NCBI GenBank assembly: GCA_051252135.1
Contig: JBPOGH010000019.1
Location: forward strand, 21,176 to 85,175
Length of the DNA: 64,000 nucleotides
Reading direction: 5' to 3'
Origin: Verrucomicrobiaceae bacterium
GTDB taxonomy: Bacteria; Verrucomicrobiota; Verrucomicrobiia; Verrucomicrobiales; Akkermansiaceae
The notes under the pieces: generated by a model
Databases searched by the model: none
Told to the model about the DNA's origin: nothing
The model's input: the letters and a program-made list of their open reading frames with translations, nothing else
Position numbers and translations under genes: made by a program
In this document: positions 7,183 through 17,700 of the stretch, piece by piece
How the letters are laid out: each line of letters starts with the position of its first letter
How positions within the stretch are numbered: position 1 is the stretch's first letter

Positions 7183-10131
7183 TCATGAAAAAAGACTGAG
7201 CAACTCCCGCTCTTCCAACCCCGGCACCAGCGCACTCCCCGTATCCAGCGCCGCTTCCATCATCCCCTTCTTCTCTTCTTGCAGCGCGAGAATCTTCTCT
7301 TCCACCGTCCCTTTGGTGATGAACTTGTAGGAATTCACCACCCGCGTCTGCCCGATCCGGTGCGCCCGGTCCGTCGCTTGCGCTTCCACCGCCGGGTTCC
7401 ACCACGGATCAAGATGAATCACGGTATCCGCCGCGGTCAGGTTCAATCCCACCCCACCCGCTTTCAGACTGATCAAAAACACCGGCGCCTTCCCTTCCTG
7501 AAATCTCTCCACCACCTCCGCCCGCTTCTTGGTCTGACCATCAAGATAACAATAATCCCAACCACGCCCCAACAGCATCGGCACCACTCCCTGCAGGAGC
7601 TGCACAAACTGACTGAAGACCAACACCCGATGGCCTCCCGCCACCGCCTCTTCCAGCAAGCTCTCAAGCTCATCCAACTTAATCCCCGCATCCTTGTCCT
7701 CCACCTGAATCCCCGGAAGAAGCCGCAGATCGCAACACGCCTGACGCAATCGTAACAAAGCCGTCAGCGCCACCATCCGCTTCTTCCCGTCATCCGCCGC
7801 ATCCACTTGACTCCGACTCTCCTGCAGCAACTGACGATAAATCGTCGCCTGCTTCGGCGTGAGATCACAGTAACGCACCTGCTCGATCCGCGCCGGCAAG
7901 TCCTTCGCCACTTCGGTCTTCAACCTTCTCAATATCACCGGCTTCAACCGCCTGGCCAAGCGACGACCCAATGCCGGATCACCCCCTTTGCGCAAGGGCT
8001 TCTCAAAGCGATCCATAAACGCCTTCCGCGGCCCCAGATATCCCGGCAACGCAAAGTTCATGATCGACCACAAATCCTGCAGCGAGTTCTCCACCGGCGT
8101 TCCCGACACCGCAAAGCGATACTGCGCCTTCAGCTTGAACACCGCCTTCGACACCTGGGCCTCCGGATTCTTGATCTGCTGGGCCTCATCCAGCACCGCC
8201 ACCTCGAACTTCTCCGCATGAAACTTCTCCGCATCAATCCGCAAGATCGCATAGCTCGTCACCAAAAGATCCACCTCCGGAATCGCCCCCCGCTTCGGCC
8301 CCACATGCAAGGCTACCGACAACTCCGGCACCCACTTCTTCGCCTCCGCCGCCCAGTTCTCCACCAGCGATGACGGACACACCACCAAGGCCCGCCCCCC
8401 TCGTTGCCGAATAAAGGTCAGCATCTGCAGCGTCTTTCCGAGCCCCATGTCATCCGCCAAAATGCCACCCATTTTCAGCTCACTCAACTTCCACAACCAC
8501 CGCACCCCGTCCGCCTGATACGGACGCAGCACCTCCGGCAAATCCAACTCCACCTCGTCCTCCGGCTCCAAAGCCATCCCGAAGTCCCGTGCACTCGCCC
8601 GCAAAAACTCCGCCTGTCGCACATCGATCTCAAACACCCCTGGCGTCCCCTGCTTCGGATCACAATCACTCAGCGTCGCGCTCACTTCCTCCACCAACTC
8701 CGAATCAATCACCGCAATCTTCCCTCTCCCAAACGCCTGCTCCGCGCTCCCCATCCGCAGCATCCGCTGCACCTGCGCCGGATCAAGCTCCTCGCCTCCC
8801 ACGCGGTACTTCGTCTCCACCGCAAACCAATCCTGCCCCGTATTCGTCCACTCCCAATCCGGCTTCACCGCCACCACCTGCGCCGCCGCCGCCTCAAAAC
8901 GCTCACCCTTCTCAACTCTCCAAACCGATGGAATCTCAGCCACCGCATAAGCATGAAACTTCAAAATATCCTCCCGCTCCCGCAGCGCCATCCGGCCCCC
9001 CTTCAACGGACCTTCAAACCCCCACGACCGGAAATACTCCACCACCGCATTCTCCTTCGCCACACTCGTCAACATCCCTTTCTCCGGAATCAACTGCGCC
9101 TCCCCATCCTCGCAACCTGCCTTCGTCCCCTCGTAGTAAAACGACAACCGGGCCTCCAAATGCCGCAGCGATCCTTCCAGATTCACCACCACCTCCGGCA
9201 CCCCTTCATGCGGCAGCGACTCCCAAAGCGCATCCGGCACCTCAAACCACTGCTCCAGCTTCGCCAAAACCCACTCAGCTTCCGCTGCACTCACCGTCAG
9301 CCCTTTCCCAAGCACCGCCGCCCACTTCGATGGCAGCCCCGCACACACCGGCACAAAACTCGCCCCCCTCAAAAGCCACCCCGCACTCCCTTCCGTCAAA
9401 ATCACCTCATCCCGCGGCCACTGCACCGCAATCCGCTCCCCCATCAATCGCAACGGCAGCCTCGGTCCCTCCGCTCTCACCTCCACCCGCTCCTTCTTCC
9501 CAAACTGCACCCGCGGATGCCCAATGAGACCCTCCACCAATTCCAAAAACTGACCCTTGTCAAAATTCACCACCCCCGGCGCTTCCCCCGGAAAAATCTC
9601 CCGCAACACCCGCCACAATTCCTCATCAGCCGACTCCAACCGATACGGCCCCTCACCCAGAGCCGACAGCAAAGTCTCCTCCCCATCCACTTCCGCCCCA
9701 AACCCCACCATCAACTGACCCCGCTCCCACGCCGCCTCCACCTTCAGCGGCAACATCACCGAGAGCGTCACCTCCGCCCCCTCCTCCTCAATCTTCGGCC
9801 ACCGGTCCTCCACCACCTCAGCCACCGTCTCCTCCACCGCCACACTCTGTGGATCAATCAACTCAAGCCCCACCGCAATCACATGCGCACACACCCGCCC
9901 GTCACGCCGCACCATCAGGCAGGTGCACTTGTTCTCCATATGAGTCCGCGAGATAATCTCCATACTCACTTTCTTCATCTTCCCCCCAACCCGCAGCTCC
10001 CCCGATAGCACACCACCTTCATACGATGCCGACTTCACCCCGCCCTCACGGTGAATCACCCGTGCCTTTTTCATCTCCTGCCACCCTCCGGCATCCATCA
10101 ACAGGTCGCGTGTCAGTTCCAGATGGCTCAT
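7183..10131 (-). CDS. SNF2-family helicase/ATPase with N-terminal SWIM zinc finger
   Basis: SWIM CTC-x9-CAH; LRPYQ; GGILADDMGLGKT; LDEAQQIKN; SGTPVEN; SLKAGGVGLNL; WWNPAVEAQATDRAHRIGQ. Confidence 0.95.
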   Translation of the reverse strand: MSHLELTRDLLMDAGGWQEMKKARVIHREGGVKSASYEGGVLSGELRVGGKMKKVSMEIISRTHMENKCTCLMVRRDGRVCAHVIAVGLELIDPQSVAVEETVAEVVEDRWPKIEEEGAEVTLSVMLPLKVEAAWERGQLMVGFGAEVDGEETLLSALGEGPYRLESADEELWRVLREIFPGEAPGVVNFDKGQFLELVEGLIGHPRVQFGKKERVEVRAEGPRLPLRLMGERIAVQWPRDEVILTEGSAGWLLRGASFVPVCAGLPSKWAAVLGKGLTVSAAEAEWVLAKLEQWFEVPDALWESLPHEGVPEVVVNLEGSLRHLEARLSFYYEGTKAGCEDGEAQLIPEKGMLTSVAKENAVVEYFRSWGFEGPLKGGRMALREREDILKFHAYAVAEIPSVWRVEKGERFEAAAAQVVAVKPDWEWTNTGQDWFAVETKYRVGGEELDPAQVQRMLRMGSAEQAFGRGKIAVIDSELVEEVSATLSDCDPKQGTPGVFEIDVRQAEFLRASARDFGMALEPEDEVELDLPEVLRPYQADGVRWLWKLSELKMGGILADDMGLGKTLQMLTFIRQRGGRALVVCPSSLVENWAAEAKKWVPELSVALHVGPKRGAIPEVDLLVTSYAILRIDAEKFHAEKFEVAVLDEAQQIKNPEAQVSKAVFKLKAQYRFAVSGTPVENSLQDLWSIMNFALPGYLGPRKAFMDRFEKPLRKGGDPALGRRLARRLKPVILRRLKTEVAKDLPARIEQVRYCDLTPKQATIYRQLLQESRSQVDAADDGKKRMVALTALLRLRQACCDLRLLPGIQVEDKDAGIKLDELESLLEEAVAGGHRVLVFSQFVQLLQGVVPMLLGRGWDYCYLDGQTKKRAEVVERFQEGKAPVFLISLKAGGVGLNLTAADTVIHLDPWWNPAVEAQATDRAHRIGQTRVVNSYKFITKGTVEEKILALQEEKKGMMEAALDTGSALVPGLEERELLSLFS

Positions 10132-10183
10132 CGCCGCGAAGACTAGTCTTGCTCCTTCCCGATTGTCTCGCAAAATTCAACCC

Positions 10184-10645
10184 GTGACCAAAGCCGAGGC
10201 CATTTCCCAACTCCGCAAGCAGATCGACTCCAAAGTCGACGTGCTCAAATCCGCCCTCGCCGACTCCGAGGAAGGATCCAGCGGCGACGAAACCAAATCC
10301 GAGGGAAAGTACGACACCCGCGCCGTCGAAGCCTCCTACCTCGCCCAGGCCCAAGCCGATCAACTCGAGATCGCCGAGCAAAACGCCGGCACCTTCAAGC
10401 GCTTCGAAGCCCCGGACTACGATCTCTCCGACCCCATCGGCCCCGGCGCCCTCGTCGAGACCGATGAAGACGGCGAGATCAACTTCTACTTCCTCGCCCC
10501 CACCGGTGGCGGCATGACCATCGACTTCCTGGGCTGTGAACTCACCGTCATCACCCCGGACTCCCGCCTCTACCAATCTCTCCTCGAGAAAAAAATGGGC
10601 GACCAACTCGAGTCCCCCTCCCTCATGGTCACCGGAATCGAATAG
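10184..10645 (+). CDS. GreA/GreB-family transcription elongation factor-like protein
   Basis: N-terminal coiled coil with acidic tip (ETKSEGKYDTRAVEASYL); C-terminal IGPGALV...VITPDSRLYQSLLEKKMGD. GTG start inferred. Confidence 0.75.
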   Translation: MTKAEAISQLRKQIDSKVDVLKSALADSEEGSSGDETKSEGKYDTRAVEASYLAQAQADQLEIAEQNAGTFKRFEAPDYDLSDPIGPGALVETDEDGEINFYFLAPTGGGMTIDFLGCELTVITPDSRLYQSLLEKKMGDQLESPSLMVTGIE

Positions 10646-10647
10646 AC

Positions 10648-10676
10648 AAAAAAGCCGCACCTTCCGGCGCGGCTTT
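10648..10676 (-). terminator. Rho-independent terminator (copy 1)
   Basis: AAAGCCGC...GCGGCTTT stem with a T-run on the minus strand, between convergent genes. Confidence 0.75.
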
Positions 10677-10698
10677 GAAAGAATTCTAAGTCTCAGGA

Positions 10699-11526
10699 CT
10701 ATCGGCGACGACGCAGAAGTCCAAGACCTCCGAGAAGCGCGAGAGCAAATGAGCTCGGCTCAGGCACGGTAATCGCACCAAGAGCGGTTCCGCTCAAACC
10801 CTGGCTATGGATCAGGGCAACTTCTCCATCCGTAAGCGCACGGTCCCACATGCCGACATCATCAAGCATGCCGTTCCACTGGCGTCCGTTATCAGGGTTG
10901 CCACCAATCCAAAGCTGATTGGTTCCATTCTCAAGAATCGTTCCGGTTCCTCCGGTAACATTGAGAACTCCGTCCACATACAGCTTGGTAACACTTCCTT
11001 GGGTGGTTGCTACGATGTGATGCCAAAGATTGTCTCCGGCAGGCCCTGGTCCGATCGTCGTCGTGCTCACGATGTCGGAGCTCGCTCCACCACCGGCGTA
11101 AGCCACTGGGACAGGGTTGTTAGTACCACGGAGAGCGACCCGGTAATCCTGGGCTTCACCGTGGGCAATGATGCCCTGCCAACCGGTGTCCCGGTTAGCC
11201 AGATTGACCCAGATCGAGATCGAAAGATCCGCTCCGGTGCGGTCAATGTCATCAGTTCCACCGGTCGGATCCGGCACGGAAATGTGATTGCCTGCACCAC
11301 CGGGGAAGCTTCCTCCGGAACCCAGAATTCCAGCAGCGAAGGACACCGAACCGTTCACGGTTCCGTTGTCGGTCGAAGTGCCGGTCGATTCCGCAATACT
11401 GCCGGCGACGTCATTAGCGTCACCGTCAAGCGGCCAGTAATTCAGCAACCCTGCATGAATGGACGCCGCATTCGCTGAAAGCGAAGCCGCCACCAAGAAG
11501 GCTGGGATAAGTAGTTTTTTCTTCAT
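10699..11526 (-). CDS. LamG-like jelly-roll PEP-CTERM surface protein (paralogue 1)
   Basis: Signal peptide; LLNYWPLDG, WHHIVAT, LYVDGV, GMLDDVGMWDRALT; ends VPEPSS-TM-RRRR. Confidence 0.9.
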   Translation of the reverse strand: MKKKLLIPAFLVAASLSANAASIHAGLLNYWPLDGDANDVAGSIAESTGTSTDNGTVNGSVSFAAGILGSGGSFPGGAGNHISVPDPTGGTDDIDRTGADLSISIWVNLANRDTGWQGIIAHGEAQDYRVALRGTNNPVPVAYAGGGASSDIVSTTTIGPGPAGDNLWHHIVATTQGSVTKLYVDGVLNVTGGTGTILENGTNQLWIGGNPDNGRQWNGMLDDVGMWDRALTDGEVALIHSQGLSGTALGAITVPEPSSFALALLGGLGLLRRRR

Positions 11527-11743
11527 TGTATGTATTCCTTTACCCCGTCGCAGCAACCATAGCCAATTAAGCACTAGATCACGCGACGGATCGGCTTTTC
11601 TAATCATTTGGCATGAAAATTCGAGCTTTTTTTTCGCCCAGTTGGGCTGGAAAAGGTAATCCCGAGCCGAGCCAAAACCTCCTGATATCCCTCCATCATC
11701 CCCTGGAATCCCCCTCCATCATAATCATCGGAATCGAGCAGAC

Positions 11744-11773
11744 AAAAAAAGCCGCACCTTCCGGCGCGGCTTT
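11744..11773 (-). terminator. Rho-independent terminator (copy 2; same stem-loop as copy 1)
   Basis: AAAGCCGCACCTTCCGGCGCGGCTTT, identical to 10651-10676. Confidence 0.75.
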
Positions 11774-11795
11774 GAAAGAATTTTAAGTCGCAAGA

Positions 11796-12635
11796 CTATC
11801 GGCGGCGACGCAGAAGGCCAAGACCTCCAAGAAGCGCGAGACAGATCGAGCTGGGCTCGGGAATGGCACCAAGAGCGACCCCATTGCTACCGGAAGCGAA
11901 AATCAATCCAACTTCAGACGCACTGAGCGCACGGTCCCAAATAGCCACATCGTCAATCAAACCATGGAATTCACGGCCCGCACGATCGGGGTTTCCTCCG
12001 ATCATCAGCATGTTGGTATTGTCACCACTCTGGCCGATGTTCACTCCGGAGGCAGTGCCTTCCAAAAGACCATCAACGTAGAAATTTGCATCTCCACCGT
12101 GCACAGCAGACAACACAATATTGTGCCAGATTCCACTTCCCGAAGCAGGACCATAGGTGTTGGTCGTGACGATATCAGGCACTCCGGCAACACCGGCAAA
12201 TTTCACAGGATCGGAGGTGCCCTGACGCGCAAGTCGGTAGTCAGAACCCTCACCGTGAGCTACGATGCCTTGCCAACCGACAGTATAGGAAGATCCCTGA
12301 ACCCAGACAGACAGGGTCATATCAGAGCCGAAACGGTCGACGTCGTTCGCGACTCCACCGGCACCAGAAGCTCCACCATCGGGAACGGTAATGTTATTTC
12401 CAGCACCACCGGGGAAGTTTCCGGCAGAACCAAGAAGTCCTGCAGAGAAGCTAACGGAGCCATTTACGGTTCCATTGTCTGCTGTGACCCCGGTCGATTC
12501 GGCATAGCTGCCCGCAGTGTCAGTCGCGTCACCGTCAAGCGGCCAGTAATTCAGCAGCCCTGCATGGATTCCGGCTGCATTCGCTGAAAGCGAAGCTGCC
12601 ACCAGGAAGGCTGGGATAAGTAGTTGTTTTTTCAT
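11796..12635 (-). CDS. LamG-like jelly-roll PEP-CTERM surface protein (paralogue 2)
   Basis: Same architecture as 10699-11526; ends IPEPSS-TM-RRRR. Confidence 0.9.
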   Translation of the reverse strand: MKKQLLIPAFLVAASLSANAAGIHAGLLNYWPLDGDATDTAGSYAESTGVTADNGTVNGSVSFSAGLLGSAGNFPGGAGNNITVPDGGASGAGGVANDVDRFGSDMTLSVWVQGSSYTVGWQGIVAHGEGSDYRLARQGTSDPVKFAGVAGVPDIVTTNTYGPASGSGIWHNIVLSAVHGGDANFYVDGLLEGTASGVNIGQSGDNTNMLMIGGNPDRAGREFHGLIDDVAIWDRALSASEVGLIFASGSNGVALGAIPEPSSICLALLGGLGLLRRRR

Positions 12636-12750
12636 TGTATGTATTCCTCTTAACCGTTGAACCAACCCCTGCAAAAACTTGCCCAAGCGCTCAATGGATC
12701 GTTCTTTCTAACGGATTGACATCAAAGAACGAGCTTTTTCCCAAATCCGC

Positions 12751-13458
12751 CTACGCCCGCGCCTTCTCCAGACGCATAAGAACCTCTTCGTATCCCTCCA
12801 TCACCCCGCCCAAATCCTGACGAAAGCGGTCTTTATCCATCTTCTTCCCTGTCGTCGCATCCCAGAGGCGACAAGTATCGGGACTCACTTCGTCAGCCAA
12901 CACGATGTTCCCATCCCCATCCTTCCCGAACTCAATCTTGAAATCCACCAGCTTGAGACCGCATTCGAGGAAAAAATCCGTCATCACCTGATTGATCACC
13001 AGCGCCTGCTCCTTCAAAAAAGCACACTCCTCGGGCGTCGCCAGCCCCATTTCACGGGCATAGTCGTCATTGATGAGCGGATCGCCCAATTCGTCCGACT
13101 TGTAGGAAAACTCCACAATCGGGGTCTTAAACTGCGCCCCCTCCTCAATCCCGGTCCTCTTGCAGAAGCTTCCCGCCGCCAGATTCCGCACAATCACCTC
13201 CACCATCAGAATATCGACCTTCTTCACCAGCAGATTGATCTCATCCACATCCGCTACCAGGTGCGTTGGCACCCCCTTCTCCTCCATCATCTGGTACATG
13301 AGAAGGGTGATCGCCTTGTTCAGCTTCCCCTTGTTCTCAAATTGAGCCTTCTTTAAGGCGTTAAATGCCGTGGCATCATCCTTGTATTCCATCCGCAAAA
13401 CGGAAGGGTCGTCGGTGGCGTAAAGCTTCTTGGCCTTGCCTTCATAGAGTGGCTCCAT
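12751..13458 (-). CDS. purC: SAICAR synthetase
   Basis: LYEGKAKKLY, EVIVRNLAAGS, LVDFKIEFG, LADEVSPDTCRLWD, MDKDRFR. Confidence 0.97.
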   Translation of the reverse strand: MEPLYEGKAKKLYATDDPSVLRMEYKDDATAFNALKKAQFENKGKLNKAITLLMYQMMEEKGVPTHLVADVDEINLLVKKVDILMVEVIVRNLAAGSFCKRTGIEEGAQFKTPIVEFSYKSDELGDPLINDDYAREMGLATPEECAFLKEQALVINQVMTDFFLECGLKLVDFKIEFGKDGDGNIVLADEVSPDTCRLWDATTGKKMDKDRFRQDLGGVMEGYEEVLMRLEKARA

Positions 13459-13596
13459 GCCCGAAGGCTAGATATCCCAAGCCTCCTTGCCAATCCCAGA
13501 AGTGCGGAACCGCCATTCTTCCCCCTCCCATCGGGATTTTCACCTTGGCAAGTATCCTCCATGCCCGATATTGGGGGTCCTCTCGACTCTTCCCCT

Positions 13597-14628
13597 ATGA
13601 TCTCCCCTCTGAGAAATTCTTTCTTTTTGCTCCTCGCCTTCTTCGTGGCCCTCTCTCCCGGGGTTCAGGCCAAGGTCGTCGCCTGGAAGCAATCCGAATA
13701 CAAGGGCGTCAATTACATCCCCCTCAGCCAGGTCAAGGAGTTCTATGAGTTCGACACCCTCTCCCTCTCGGGCTCCACCATCACCCTGAAGAACAAAAAA
13801 ATCACCATCGTCCTCCGCGCCGGCGGCCAGGAGGTCCTCATGAACAACGTCAAGTTTATCTTCAGCAACCCCATCATCTCCATCCGCGGCGCATACCACG
13901 TCTCCTCCACCGATTTGCTGAAAATCATCGACCCCATCCTCCGCCCCACCGCCATCGCCAGCGCCAAACCCTTCGATACCGTCATCATCGACCCCGGACA
14001 CGGCGGCAGCGACTCGGGCGCCACCAGCAACCTCGGACACGAATCCTACTACAATCTTAAAGTCGGACGCATCCTCCGCGACCACCTCACCAAACTCGGA
14101 TTCAAGGTCGTCATGACCCGCAATTCCGACAAATACCTCACTCTCCAGCAACGGGTCGATGTCGCCAACCGATACTCCAACGCCATCTTCGTCAGCATCC
14201 ACTTCAATTCCGTCGGCGCCCGTGGTCGCACCCGCGCCCGCGGCATCGAAACCTTCACCCTCTCCCCCGTCGGTGTCGCCCACTACGGCTCCTCCCTCAA
14301 AGCCTCGGACTTCCAGCTCCGCGCCGGAAACCGGCAGGACTCCGCCAACATCGCCCTCGCCACTGCCATCCACTGGGGAACCCGCATGCACCTGAAGAAA
14401 AAAGGCATGGACGTCTTCGACCGTGGCATCCGTCGCGCCCGCTTCAGCGTCCTCACCGGCGTGAAACATCCCGCCGTCCTCCTCGAAGGAGGCTTCCTCA
14501 GCCACCCCACCGAAAGCCGCCTCATCCACTCCCAAGCCTACCAGTCAAATCTCGCCGAAGCCATCTGCAACTCCATCGTCTTCTACCGAAAGGCCACCAT
14601 CGACGACCGCAACAAGCCGCGACGATAG
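13597..14628 (+). CDS. N-acetylmuramoyl-L-alanine amidase (Amidase_3, AmiA/B/C-like)
   Basis: Signal peptide; IIDPGHGGSDSGA, VMTR, FVSIHFNS, PAVLLEGGFLS. Confidence 0.92.
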   Translation: MISPLRNSFFLLLAFFVALSPGVQAKVVAWKQSEYKGVNYIPLSQVKEFYEFDTLSLSGSTITLKNKKITIVLRAGGQEVLMNNVKFIFSNPIISIRGAYHVSSTDLLKIIDPILRPTAIASAKPFDTVIIDPGHGGSDSGATSNLGHESYYNLKVGRILRDHLTKLGFKVVMTRNSDKYLTLQQRVDVANRYSNAIFVSIHFNSVGARGRTRARGIETFTLSPVGVAHYGSSLKASDFQLRAGNRQDSANIALATAIHWGTRMHLKKKGMDVFDRGIRRARFSVLTGVKHPAVLLEGGFLSHPTESRLIHSQAYQSNLAEAICNSIVFYRKATIDDRNKPRR

Positions 14629-14721
14629 CAGCCGCTCTTGCTCAGGCCTTTCCGGCTCACCGAAACTTTTTTGTTTCCGGAGAAAATTCAGTGTTTAGGT
14701 TGGGGGGATAACGCCCCACAC

Positions 14722-17700
14722 ATGCGCTCAATTTTTCTCACCTCCTTCCTCCTGGCCGGAACCGCTCTCGGCCAACTCCTCGTCGATTTTAACCGCGCGG
14801 GATTCAACGACCTCGAGACCGGCTACCAGGCCTACACCGCCGAGCACGAGAACATCCCCGGCTTCACCACCCAGGCCTTCAACGCCTTCGGCACCACCAT
14901 CAACCTCACCCCCGGCTGGCCGGATTCTACGGACCCCCGCGTCCAGCAAATGATCGATCGCGGCACCAACAACGATAACAACTGGGTGGGCAACAAGATC
15001 TCCCTCCTCACCGACTTCATCGGCGTCGATACCCGCACCGGAAACGGCGGCAATGGCAACTATGACGGCTCCACCGGCTCCCCCACCCGCATGACCCTCA
15101 ACCTCTCCGGCCTGCCCGCTGGCGACTACCAATGGCTCTCCTACCACCACGATACCGAAAACGTCCACACTTCCTTCCGCATTGAGTATTCCACTGACGG
15201 AGGCTCAAACTACACCCTCCTCCCCGCCACCTACCCCGGCACCAACAGCACCGCCGGAGGAAATCCCGCCAGCAGCCAAATCTACACCGGCACCCCGGAT
15301 CCTGACCCCGCCGACCTCCCCTCCACCGCCGTTTTCAACTTCTCCGCCTCCGCCGGACAAGACGTCCTCATCCGCTTCACCCCCTACTCAAACACCGGAG
15401 TCCACCGCCAAATCTGGGCCTGTAACGGCTTCGAAATCACCCAAAACTCCGCCCCCACGGTCGAGAACTCCGCCGCCACCGACATCATGCCCACCACCGC
15501 CTCCATCGGCGGAAACGTCACCGCCGGCGGCAGCCCCAACATCACCCTCTACTGGGGCGACAACGACGGCGGAACCACCCCCGGCAACTGGGACACCGCC
15601 ATCAACCTCGGACCCCAATCCGCTTCCTTCAGCGCCGCCATTTCCTCCCTCACCCAGGGAACCACCTACTACCACCGCGCCTTCGCCTCCAATGCCGCCG
15701 GCAGCGCCTGGGCCCCCAACACCAACAGCTTCACCACCAGCGCCGGAGCATCCCTCCCATCCCTCATCACCTTCGGCGCCACCGAGATCAGCTACACCCA
15801 GGCCGATGTAAACGGAACCGTCTCCAACACCGGAGGCGACCCACCCCAGGTCACCCTCTTCTACGGCACCACCAACGGCGGAAATGACGAAAACGCCTGG
15901 GACTTCTCCACCGGAATCGGCACCCACTCCGGCCCCTTCTCCGATACCTTGTTCAATCTCGACCACAGCACCACCTACTTCTTCCGCTTCCAGGGCACCA
16001 ACTCCGGAGGCACCGCCTGGGCTCCCAACATCCAGTCATTCACCACCCTCGCCTTCACCGCTCCCGCCGTCTCCGTCCTCCCCCCCACCTCCGCCGGAGG
16101 CACCTCCGCCATCGTCAATGGCGAGGTCACCGACACCGGAAATGACGCCCCCGAAATCACCATCTTCTACGGCACCAGTGACGCCGGCACCAACGCCGCT
16201 TCCTGGCAAAACAGCGTCGCCATCGGCCCCAAAAGCAGCACCTTTTCCGCCTCCCTCCTCAACCTCACTCCCTCCACCACCTACTTCTACCGCGTCAGAG
16301 GCATCAATTCCGTCGCCACCGCCTGGTCCGCCTCCGCCGAGACCTTCTCCACCGGAATCCCCTCGGATATCGTCATCAACGAATTCCTCGCCGGCAATGA
16401 CACCATCGCCGTCCCCAACGCCGTCGCCGGAACCTTCGATGACTTCATCGAACTCCTCAACACCGGCAGCTCCCAACTCAACCTCGGCGGCTGGCACCTC
16501 ACCGACAACCCCTCGAATCTCACCCAATGGACCTTCCCCGCCAACACCCTCGTCGAGGTCGGCGAATTCCTCGTCATCCTCGCCAACGGCTCCGGCGTCC
16601 CCGATGCCAACGGAAACCTCACCACCAACTTTAGACTCTCCACCTCCGGCGACTACCTCGCCCTCGTCCGGCCCAACCTCTCCATCGCCAGCGAGTTCGG
16701 ACCCGGCGGCTCCAATTTCCCCGAGCAAAATGACGACGTCTCCTACGGACTCCACCCCAGCTCCTCCGCCTCCGTCTTCTTCAGCACCCCCACCCCCGGC
16801 GCCCTCAACGACGCCGGAGGCATCGCCAAAGTCTCCCCCGTCGCCGCTTCCCCCGGTCGCGGTTACTACGACACCGCCCAATCCGTCACCCTCTCCTCCC
16901 CCACCCTCGGTGCCCAGATTTACTACACCACCGATGGCTCCGCCCCCATCACCTCCGGCGGAACCCCCGGCGCCTCCGCCACCCTCTACTCCGGACCCAT
17001 CTCCATCCCCCAAATCACCGTCCTCCGCGCCTCCGCCCTCAAGGCAAATTTCGCCCCCGCCCAATCCGTCACCCACAGCTACGTCCTCCTCGATATCGCC
17101 GGAGCCGGCTCAAACGGAACGGACCCAAATGGCCTCAACGACGTCTTCCTCACCCAAACCCAACCCTCGGGCTACGGCGCTCTCGCCTCCGGTGACTACA
17201 ACATGGACCCCGATATCTCCCGGGCCACAAGCAGCTCCACCGGCCACGGAAAAACCGTCGCCCAAGCCATGCTCGAAGGCATGCGGGACATCCCCACCAT
17301 CTCCATCGCCCTCCCCAAAGAAGACTTCGCCGGAGGAAACGGAATCTACAGCAACTCCCAATCGGAAGGCCTCGCCTGGGAGCGCGAATGCTCCGCCGAG
17401 TTCATCCCCGCCGCCAACGACACCCGCACCGGGTTCCAGGAAAACTGCGGCCTCCGCGTCCAGGGCGGAGCCAGCCGCGTCCCCGCCAAAAGCCCCAAGC
17501 ACTCCCTCTCCTTCCGCTTCCGCAATAGCTACGGCGAAGGAAAACTCCGCCACGCCCTCTTCCCCGGGTCCGATGTCACCACCTTCAACTCCATCGCCCT
17601 CCGCGCCGGTTACAACAACTCCTGGATCCACTCCAGCAGCGACCAACCTCCCCGGGGATCCATGATCCGTGACCAATGGATGCGCGAGTCCATGAAGGAC

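Noticed and set aside
7183..10131. SNF2 helicase as part of an anti-phage defence island
   Set aside because: It is a stand-alone SWIM-SNF2 with no adjacent methylase, nuclease or other defence gene, and its composition matches the host.
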